A stretch of DNA of 64,000 nucleotides from Azolla caroliniana (taxonomy: Eukaryota; Plantae; Polypodiophyta). Position numbers and translations under genes: made by a program. Where the stretch lies: NCBI GenBank assembly GCA_043228905.1, contig JBHGNT010000012.1, positions 310,001 to 374,000 on the forward strand, written 5' to 3'. Positions 53,287 through 64,000 of the stretch are shown one piece after another (the first letter of the stretch is position 1; the number at the start of each line of letters is the position of its first letter). The notes under the pieces were generated by a model. It worked only from the letters and a program-made list of their open reading frames with translations. It searched no databases and was not told the DNA's origin.

Positions 53287-54189
53287 TAAATAACAAGGTG
53301 TATGGTCGATATATACGATAAAAATGGAAAAGGGATGTAATTCTTTTTGCATTCGTCGAATCTCAAGTCAAGTGCTACAAAAAGAAACTTATTATTTTGA
53401 TAGGGGCCCTCTTAAAACCTATAAAAAGGAGAGGAGAGCTCATGTTGGTCTAAAATATTAACTATCTAACAAACAAACTCTAAAGATCTAACAAATAAAC
53501 TCCACGATAGTGAGTAGCTCGGCCAAACACAATGACCCATACATACATATGGTTATGACATTATTTTGAAGAGTGGATGTGGTTGTAGATGAAAGTATGG
53601 TAATGGGAAGTGTCATGAATGCGGATAGGACAAACTCTTTCTAGATAGCTCCTCCAAGGAGACCTCTATGGACTTTATATGGTCTTCTTGGAGACTATTG
53701 TCCTAGTACGCCTCATAGAGTCACTTGTTGATTGCCTTTGCGTGAGTAGTAGTTTACAACCATCAATAGACAATTGATGAAGCTAATGGTTGTTTTATGA
53801 GAGTTTGATCATGTGACCTTGGAGTGTGACATGTTATGCTAGCTCTAGATGTTCACGCCAAGCACACATCTTTGTATCAGTGGATTTTTGCCCCAACACC
53901 AATATCATTGGTTGATGGTTTTAGACGGGCATATACTTCATTGATGGTGAGGTGAAAAAGTGTGGTTGTCAAACACTTTGGAGCCACTAACTTCACTAAC
54001 CCTAATCCTATGAACTCACATTCACCTCTCTTAGAAGCTCACTAATACCCAAATATGCTTTGGTGTTAGATACATACGCTAGCAAACATAAACAAAGAGG
54101 TTACATGCATTTACAAAGAGATTGCATGTGTCTAGGAAGCATCAACATTATGGCACACTGAGGGGGACAATTTAATGTGTTGGAATATA

Positions 54190-55170
54190 ATGTAGACCTT
54201 GAAATTTTCATGTCACCCTAGATGCAATTGCCAATACTTGATGGTGCATGTGGTTACCATATTCTAGGAGGATAGATATGACGGGGAATGGCCATGAATA
54301 GGGAAGATTCATGAGCTTGATGACTACAAAGACCAATAATATAGAGAAGAGGCTCAATGAATCTGGAAGGAGAATTAGGTCTTCTTGTATGAAGGGCATC
54401 TATGGAAACACCCAAATAAGACATTGGGAGCACCATAAAGGGTGTTGAGTGGGAAAAAGGAATGAACCTTTTTTATTATCAAATTTTATGATCTAGCCTA
54501 AGGACAAGATGTAAAGGCACTTGGGAACGTTTGCCAAGCTCTGAAAAACTATTGGTGGCCAAGACTATTTAAGGACATGTCACAAGTTGTGTAAGATTTG
54601 CCAATTGCACTAAGAAATGTGACACATGGATGGGCTCCACCCAACTTACTCATTGGCAATGCACTATAAGTGGATGGTGAAATGAGAATGAGAGTTGTCA
54701 AGGGAGGATCTTACAAACCAAGTTGATGGTAGAGGTCTTAAAATAAGGCAGAGATATTTGAATATAAAATTTATGTCATCTGTCGATACAGATATGTGGG
54801 GAAATCTGTGGCAGACACGAGGGAGTTAGATGCTAAAGATGTTAAGAATCATTTTGCATAGTTAGACATCAAGGTTTCTGTAACCATGATATACAATCAA
54901 GAGGTTAACAAGAAGGTGGAGTGGAGACATAGCCTAGCAATCAAAGGAAACACTTTTCAAAACTTGCTAGGGGAATGTGAGTACTCATGTTTGTCACCTT
55001 ATGTTTTGTGGGCCTACAAAACAAACCACAACACAATATTTGAGTACATGGCTTTCATGGGCCTTATGAATGGACAAAATTCAATCATGCATTTTGAGAA
55101 AACAATTAAATATCATGAGCAATCTAGTTTTGGAAGGAAGATATGAGTATGGAGGTGCAACAAGTGTTTT
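54190..55170 (+). pseudogene. Old Phygy-like RH/integrase remnant
   Basis: YNQEVNKKVEWRH..LSPYVLWAYKT..LMNGQNSIM aligns by eye with the integrase at 22490-23170. Confidence 0.7.
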
Positions 55171-57104
55171 TGATTCATTGATTGTATAGGAAACGTTATT
55201 TGATATATTTTGAGTGAACAATGTAATTGTCTTTCCCTCCCCTCACCCATTTTATACAGACCTAGGCAGGAGTTGTTGTTGAGTTAACGTAATCTTAACG
55301 TTATCTAACTAGCTATTAGTACTCTCTAACCACTCTAGTTGTAAAACCTTTTTTTGGACAAAATATTTGGTGTACATGATCTTATTCAGTGATCATGAGC
55401 AACTTTACAATAGCACATCATCAACCTCATTGCTCAATTTTTAAATCCACAACCTTAATGATACAAAGCATTAGCTTCACAAATTACACCATCTTGTTTG
55501 TGCCAAGAAGGCCATGTTTATTTGGGAAGCACAAACAATACATTAAAAGGTATTTCCTTGTAAAAGATATAACGATATTTAGATGTGAAGAAGAGATATT
55601 TGGAATCCCAAATGCAAAATGGCAGCTTTTGGAAGGAATATTGGGCATATTATCTTAGACATGATTTCCTTATTCAAACTCTCGTAGAGATGTATGTTGT
55701 TTATATCTAGTTCCAATATCTTATTCTTTTTTCCAATAAAAAACACTACTTCGCATTAGTTAGCAAATAGAATACAACAAAGTTCAACAAGAATTCACAA
55801 TGGGATCAATATATACAACATGGAGGAACAACTCTAAAACCAACAAAAAAAAACCAGCAAAACTCACGCGGCCCTTATCCCCAACAAATGAAACAAACCC
55901 CATGTTACACTATCTCTACTCATCCAAACATACTCTTTTATCAGCTATACACACATATTTTTGGTGACATCTAGAAAAATCTATGTTTCACTAATTGTCT
56001 AAAAACATATGGATTCCTTGATATTGTCACTTGGCCATACACAAAATATGTTAGTGGCACAATTAATTATTGCTTCAATTCCTTGTCCTTGCAATTTTTG
56101 GATGTAGTATTTGAGATTTTCTAGCTTATTGTTGTCCAATTAAGGTTGGCTTGCACATGTTGCCAAACTTATCTTGGCCACCTCAATGTGTCAAATCATG
56201 TTACTATTGCTTTCTAACTTCATTGGCGTTTTGAAAGCAAAAAAAAAATCCCAAAAAGAAGCTATTGTTTTGAAATCAAGTTAGCATTTTGCTAAGAGGT
56301 TTTTCTAGATCAAGTTGATAGATTGTTGTTGTTCATTAGATGCACACGTGAGGCTATTTTTTGGTGCTTGGATAAAAGACAACGCTTACACAAGGGGGTA
56401 TTTTGTGGCTATTTGTTATGTACACATAATATTGGTGAGGGTAGGTCACCAATATTTACATTAGTGAAGGGTGTGTTCACTAATGTTAAAAAGGGGACTA
56501 ATGATTGGATAGAAGGAATGATAAGTGCATGCACTATCATGATTTGGACAACCAATGAATGGAGAGCCTTTTAGAAAGGCACATCTATTCAAGGGGCCTA
56601 GGAAAAGGTATAAATATGAGGCTTAGCTACCCTCATAATCACATTACGTCATAAGGTTGCTGTCTTAGACACCGGTGGTGCGGGCTAGGCTTTCGTCTCG
56701 ACGATCGTGTTTATCTCTTCCAAGGTATTAGTCATCCTAATATCCGGCGGTATGGGACGTCGGTGGTAGGTTGGCTATGTCTAGATCATAGCGCGAGGGT
56801 GGTTGGGTGGAACGGGTTCTTCTATCCATTCTATTTTCCTTCTTTTACTTTATTTTGGTCTATTGATTAGTAATAGACTCTTAACACTATTGATCTTAAT
56901 GAAATATATGAAATTCTCTTTCCGTGTTTTTCTATTATATGTGTCTTCAATTAATTTGTCTCGTGAAATCATTGTTGATTTTCTCCTCTCAAATTCTAAA
57001 CCTTATTAACTTCTTTCTCTTTCTCTCCCTATGGATCCATATATCTTTGAAAACCTCGACTATTTATTATTGACTTGCTCGTTGTCAATTATGGTAGCAT
57101 TTAC

Positions 57105-57148
<44 letters not shown>

Positions 57149-59249
57149 CCTTACCGACATGAAGAACACATGTATGAAGGTGTCTTTGTCCCATTCATTT
57201 CAAGCAAGAAGAAGAACCTAAAAAAACATGAGGGTGTTATATGCTCTCTTACCTTATCCATGTATAGAAAACAACATTGCAAGAGTGTTATGCACATGCA
57301 ATAAAAATAAATGAGGCAATTTATTCTTTTTGGGGATTATTTCAAAAAGGAGATTTTAGTACGGTTCAAGTGATTGATACATGTAAAAAACAAGATTTTC
57401 TCTTAGTGCAAAAGTTGTTAACAACTTTTGAAATTAATTGCTTACCAATCATTAGATTGCTCTTGGTTCATCTTTTACAAAATTATTGCACAATGAGTGA
57501 ATAAATTTAATAAAATTCCTTCACACATGCCACCATCGACCAAGTTACGTCTTTGTGTTCATACCTACCATTGTTGATGCATCGCTTAGTAGAAACAATT
57601 CAGTCAATTTTTTAGGTCTCTCTATTGTAAGGAAACTTGACTGCAGAGCATTTGATACAATAATAATCATATTCTCCTTGTTTCTTAAAAATTTGTCTCA
57701 ACAATTGCTCAAGACATCACATCTTGGACAAAAATGTCACAATTTCGAAAAGAAAAACAATAATGACGAATAGAGACAACATCACATTTATGATTGAAAA
57801 GCACACCCAAACCTATGTAATCTCAATCTCAAATCCTACCACAACCTTGAATCCCCAATTATGATTCCACAAATGAACAAGTGAAATTGCACAAAGAGAT
57901 GGACAATTAGGATAAACAAAGAATAAATTTGTGTTTAATAATGTGGAAGAACTTAAAACTTTTTCTTCAATTCTCTTTCTTTGTGTTGGAGAGACTCACA
58001 ATCCACTTTAGCAAAATATTATGTCCAATCAGATTGTGCTCTTTCGTATGCACTTAATTAATGTTTTGTTTTTCATCAAACATGATGTGTAATATATTTT
58101 GGACTTTTTTATTGTTGCTAATAAATACGAGGATAGAGAAGTTGTGGCAACCATGGAAGAACAATGACTTGTTTATCAAGTAGCTAAATCATGCATTATT
58201 GAGTCAATATTGTTCTCACTCTCTCTAAATAAATAATGTACAAAAAAGTTGTTTCCCTATTTTCTCTCTCTAAAGATATGCTCTATTGGATAAAGGTTCC
58301 CTTATATTCTCTCTAGCATGTGGTGAATATTTGTTTAACTTCATATATTTCATGATTTTATGCAATATTGTGTATATACTAGAGTTGAATAATCTTATGA
58401 GAACTAATAATTGAATGAACTACATACATAAATTATTTATGATCGGAGAGGAATGGGCTAAGGATATATTGTGAGTCAAATCCAACATTTGCTAATTGGC
58501 AATGCCTATTGAAGCAATATTCATGTTTCATTAGATTATGTCACACCTCCACTAACACCTTTAACTGTAGCACAAGAAGTGCTTAGAATAGGAGGCACTC
58601 CAACAGCTGTAAAAGGAGAGGCAAACAAGATGAATGATCATGAATACAATGTAATATAGTAAAGGAACGACCTTACTATCTATCAATTATTTGTATTAAT
58701 ATGTTGCATTGGTTATGCACATTGTTGTCGCTTACTCCTATTATTCTCTTATATCTTTATCTAATGCATTCATTGTTTAGTTTTGTATAGATGAGTTGTG
58801 AGGATACAAATAATTGTCCTAATAGATAGTTGTACTATTATTTGTAAGCAAGAGGTCTTAGTTAAGGAATCTCATAATTACAAATATTGAGCATTTAATA
58901 ACATTATTGACAATATGTCACCGCAATATTATATTCACCCATGATAGATACCAACCTAAAAAATAGCCTATATGTACCTATGCAATATTATTATTTGTGG
59001 TCAAGGTTGGTTCAGTCCTATGCCTATACTATTTTAGAGGCCAAAGCTTCAAGAAACCATTTAGGGCAAGATGTCAACACCACTCATGTAACTAAGCGTT
59101 TTGTCTTACAACACCTTTAAAGAGGGTGAGACATTCAACCCCTTTTGAGGAGTGGGGCTACTAGAGCTCAGTAGCAAAAACTACCAAATTAATTTACTTT
59201 CTATCTATTTACCTATTGTTGTACTTCCAGTAAATCTACATTTTATGGT

Positions 59250-60750
59250 ACACCATAGAGACCATGAAACAAAATTCCCCATTTCTTTTACTCCAATTGT
59301 ATTGTAGACCACAAGACCAAGGGTGATCAAAAACTTCCTCATACAAAAAGGTGGTCAAATTCCATAGAAATGGTGACCATAATTTCGCAATTAACGATGA
59401 CCTAAGTTGCGAACTAACAACCCAAATGGGTTTAGCGACTAGGCATGTGAGAAACTCTACTTTGACAAAATATTTGTTGTGTAAAATTATTCAACATGGC
59501 AAAGTCACCACCAAAGACAACCCACCTTGCATTGCATATTGATGAAACACAATGGCACAGAATGGAAGAGAATATTGTCAATAATCAATACCACCATCGT
59601 AAAAAAGCACAATGAGTTGTGTGAAATAATGCCAACATTAATCAAGCATTATCTCTATTTAAATTACGGTGATATATACACATTGGTGTGCACATAACAA
59701 GTATCTGTTTTTTGTTATCATTAACCAATCTTTTAATTGTTCATCTACCACTATTTTTGAAATAGGAATTACAAGAATAGTCAAAGTTAAAGTCACATCG
59801 AACGGGTTTAGGAAACTTGGTTCACATAACCTTAAATTCTATGATCTAATTGTGTGGCACTAAAACAACATTGTGTACAATTACCAAGCCAATATTCTCC
59901 ATGCAATTAATTTTGGATTTCTTGGTTTCCATGTACATAAGCTTCCTTATGATGTCCATTCCCTCCTTAGTCCACTTCATCTCCCTCACTTTGGTTGCCC
60001 CCATCTATGTTTTTCTTTCCCTTCTTCAAGTTCTTCCTAACCTTACTTTTCCTTGTGTTAATCTTTCACTTTTGTCATTCTTTTTCTTCTCTTTCTTGGT
60101 CCATTCCGGTCATGCCTTCTTTCTTATTCAAGAATTTCATCATTCTCTCTCTTTCTCATCTTTCCTTGTGCTTGTTATTTTATTGTTTCATGTTGTCATC
60201 ATTATGTAACCAAGGTAGTGTGTGCTTGGGAGAAGGCCTCATTCATGGCAACCTCTTGATGGATGAGTAAAACATATTCTAATCTCTTAGAGAGGCATTG
60301 TATGAAATCAAAATCCCTCATCGTCAATTCTACTATCACATTATCCTTATTCTCTTTGAGTTGTTCTAGTAATGGAGAAATGTCAACCTTAACTACAAAA
60401 GCTTTGAAACCATGGTCCATGACCTTAATGCTCCAAAGCATGAGCTTCAACACCACACAAGCCATAATCTCTATTCTAATAATAACTAATTGAGCATCCA
60501 CATATTGCAAATATATGTAAGGGCCAATATTCAATATCAATCTTTAGATTATTATTAATGCTCTCTCATTGTAGTTAAACAATTTTCCAATGAAACTCTT
60601 TATGTTATGATATTTACGAAAAATGATAAAGTGTTCTTCTAATGAAATAACATCACACATATACTTAATTTTGCAAAACGCAAGCTTAACAAATATAAGA
60701 TCATTTTCATATATTTGAGTTGTGGAATTTACTTGATGCAACCTTAGGGA
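59250..60750 (-). pseudogene. Old LINE remnant (endonuclease and possible ORF1)
   Basis: Minus-strand WVVFGGDFAML at ~59490-59525 and METK at ~59925. Heavily decayed. Confidence 0.5.
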
Positions 60751-60974
60751 ACTATAAGGAATAATTTGAGGGCATTTTCAAACTATCTTATGTGATATAT
60801 ATGCATAGAATGAACCATATGTACCATACGTGCATTCGCATTCGAGAATGATTCAATCAAACGTGTATGGTAAATCATCTCAAAGTTGGATTGGATTGAC
60901 TATGGTTTATATTATATATTGATTCACTCTCAATCCCAATAAGTGGACTCTAATCCATTGTGAACGACCAACAT

Positions 60975-61334
60975 AAGTATGGTTGCAATATTTGCATTGT
61001 ATCACATGAATGCCTTTGGGATGCTTCTTAAGAATCGAGACATCTCTATCCTCCTCACTTTAGAACTTTACAAAAAAATGAGTATGAACTAATATTAGAC
61101 CAACAAATTTTTTTACTATGACATAACACTAATGAGAGAGAGATGAGAAAATTGGGAATTGAACCCAAGACATAAACAACAATAGCATGACAACATACCA
61201 CTAGGGTCAATCAATTTATAATAATAAAAAATGAAATTTATTCCAAAAAAAAAGAGCATGCATTTTTCCCTTTTCCAACGTATTCGTTTTCAAACGTTTG
61301 AATGCTTGCACGAACATGTATATTACGTTCTATG
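60975..61334 (-). repeat. Short inverted copy of the 939-2165 repeat
   Basis: GAATCGAGACATCTCTATC..CACTTTAGAACTTTACAAAAAAATGAGTATGAACTA and TGAATGCTTGCACGAACATG are reverse complements of sequence at 2050-2160 and 940-980. Confidence 0.85.
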
Positions 61335-64000
61335 GATCGTATATGAAAGGATGTTGCCCTTTAGGTCATATAATATTGGTTGTTACATTCCCTTCTTTTA
61401 TGGTATTGGTTGCATTGCCAAAGCTAATGATTCTAGAGTCATACAGTCAATTATATATCCAAATATGTGATATATAACTTCAGGTTTACAAAGGCCAAAA
61501 CTTCAAGTAGTTTTGTTGTACATAGATAATTACCACTACCACAAAAGAAAACCTGAAATCACTATTCTTGAGCATCCCCCAACCAATATACAATATGTGC
61601 TATAATTGGGCATTCTCAATTCCCTCTGTTAAAGACATTGCATTGATTTTTATCTACACACATGTGCGACACACAAACAAAAACTTTTGCTTTCATCATA
61701 CATGAAATTATTGGTAGCAACACTAACACACAGACATGTCTTTAGCCTAGATGCTTTAATAGGAGCTATACATTACTAGGTTTCAAATGGAAAATTTTGG
61801 GATTTATATACAATAACGCTTGAAGTTAAATACTCAAATATTGTTTATCAAGATGTTTATGGGCCAATTCTTTATGGATGTGTCAGTCTAAAAACAATCT
61901 CTTTTTTGCTTTGTTATCTTTCTCTACATGTGCACGTAAGTAAGTGTCATAGACGAAGCCTTCATGATAAACTCAGAACCTTGATGAAATCATGGGTGAA
62001 GTCACCTTTTAGTTCCCCATTCTAGGATGTCTACAAAATGTTGTTTGTTCTTTTTGAGAGGTATGCGTTGTTCTTTTTTAGTGGTATGCAACATGCCTAT
62101 ACATTAGGGTCAAACATTGACTTATGGTATCATGCAAAAGAAAAGAGTTTAGACAATTGATTTTCTCTCTCACACACAAAGCAAGAAAATGGGATGTCAA
62201 CTCATTAGGGGACACCTATAGTAGAATGTTATAACTTGTAGAACTAAACTCCATCTCCAGTGAACACCAATAATTGACAACTTTTGTAAAGCCTTGAAAA
62301 TAGTTTAATAATGGATGCAATCCAATACAAAATCATGTTGTTTTGTTGACAGATTCATGAATGATTGAATGAAAATATTTAAGTAGACAATTAAAGAAGG
62401 CCCATTCTAAAGTAAAATGGAAAGGTTGAAATCATAGATCTAGTTGAGAAAAGTTGTGTTATGGATAGGTTTTGGATGACTTTGGAGGAAGTTGGAAGAG
62501 ACTAATACATTGCATATGAAGAAGCAATATTTTAGATGACCTCCTTTCGAATGTTGGTGAGTAAGTGGACAATTTTGACTTCAATGCCTGAATATGGGTA
62601 CTATTTGGGCATAAAAAGAAAGAGAAGAAAAATACCAAGTTTCAAACTCTTTGAGAGATGTGAACTCCACAAAAACATCCGAGATAAACACAAAAAGTTA
62701 AGAGAATTTAAGCACACACGGACAAACTCTCAGCTCTCAAGTTTCATCTTACACCTAGCGGAAAAAGAAAAGAAAACATCCGGGGTGGGGGGTTTACTTG
62801 GCGACCAAGAAAACAATGAAAGACAAAAAACTTGAACTCCAAGGGGGGTAGTCATCAACCTAGATTGGGTGGTTTGACTTATGTGTGTGTGGGGGGCCCC
62901 CCATACCACCTTTCCTATACGTGAACAATATGCACTTTTCCTCGAAGTCCCTCTCCGAATGATGCATGCATATTTGTTCTTAATTTATACATGAACATGG
63001 TAATTATATCGTAAAGTATGCGAGCGAACGAACGAACGAACGTGCCATCTATACATATTCTCTTTCTTTGCCCCCAAGCCACGATGACGTATGACATGAC
63101 CTCACATACTTCTAGAATTTGAGTACAAACACATAACACACACCAGACGCCCATGCATTACATACATATATATGTATAATGAATGTAGTCTAGATATTTG
63201 ATTGGATAATAAATACATACATACATTATACATATATATAAGAAATCTGGATCAATTGCTGTTCCTAAGTTTCCATTCCACTTTTGGGCCTAACTCTCCA
63301 CCCAATTGCATTTCATTGGCCTGCATCACAAGAAAATATTTCTTATTATGTAAGGTGTCTTGTCTCTTCACTTTTCTTTCATAGACTTTGTGGGAACCAC
63401 TTTTTCTCTTTTTCTCTTTTTTGTTTTTTTTGTTTTTTGCATCTTCTGTTCATGTTTTGGATGTTGTGTTTCTTTCTTCTGAATGCTGCTTTTGATTTAA
63501 AAAAGGAAGGCTCTGCATTATTATTATTAGTAGTACTGATTAGAATTGCTGTTAAAAGAAAAAAAGAAAAAAAAGAAAAAAAAGAAAAAAAAAGAAAAAA
63601 AATGGTGGAGACCTTGTTAAGAGAAGACTGACAAAACAAATGCTGAATCTCTAATTTTAACAGAAACATAAAAGTTCCCTGATTATCGATGAAGCATTTG
63701 TCCTGATGTGATATGAGCATTCATTACTGCATTCTTGTTTTTCCTTTGTACTAATGATGGGCACATTTCTGCTAGATTGCTCGCCAATAAAAGGGGGAAG
63801 GGGGAGGACACAATTGTAATCCCTCAGGAAAACCAATTCCAAAAAGCTTTTAACTGGCCTCAAAATCCTCAAGAAATCACACACCACCATCCTCTCTGTA
63901 TGATTCAGAAGTACCTAACGATCAAGAATATTGCTGATGGTTTCTCAATGATGGATGCTCGGATGTTAAAATCAATATCCAATTAAAAAGAGTCACCATC

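Noticed and set aside
56230-57050. Possible solo LTR with a TATA box and CpG-rich patch
   Set aside because: No paired termini or TSD were identified.
939-61334. Giant 60-kb transposon bounded by the inverted repeat pair
   Set aside because: No matching TSD was found and the copies differ internally. Two independent insertions are the simpler explanation.
63284-64000. Host gene start or C/D snoRNA near the window end
   Set aside because: The ORFs are low-complexity products of A/T tracts and there is no canonical box C. It could be UTR or intron of a gene outside the window, but this cannot be supported here.

Overview
AT-rich eukaryotic region made almost entirely of nested, mostly decayed transposable elements. 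The element types (Phygy-like and Tcn1-like Gypsy, L1-type LINEs) suggest a non-seed land plant, which is an inference. No intact host gene is recognisable. From left to right the window holds: a tRNA-headed dispersed repeat interrupted by a Mutator MITE; an Athila/Selgy-like Gypsy with an extra 3' ORF (6.4-12.6 kb); a stack of tRNA-Trp-primed Phygy-like Gypsy elements and Copia fragments nested in each other (14-33 kb), including a gag-only derivative; a long L1-type LINE (33.7-45.7 kb) carrying a complete 5.6-kb chromovirus, a hAT MITE and an LTR fragment; a DNA-transposon remnant with a ParB-like ORF head-to-head with a Sola/DUF7869-like transposase (45.8-50.2 kb); and older debris. Four observations stand out: (1) all five scorable TGTCG...CGACA LTR junctions sit at an N-CG-N tetramer, with one proven 4-bp TSD; (2) tRNA-spaced A/B boxes lie antisense in the U3 of two unrelated Gypsy LTR families; (3) the ParB-like/transposase pair; (4) a self-priming PBS in the chromovirus. 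All family names come from motif recognition by eye, not from database searches.
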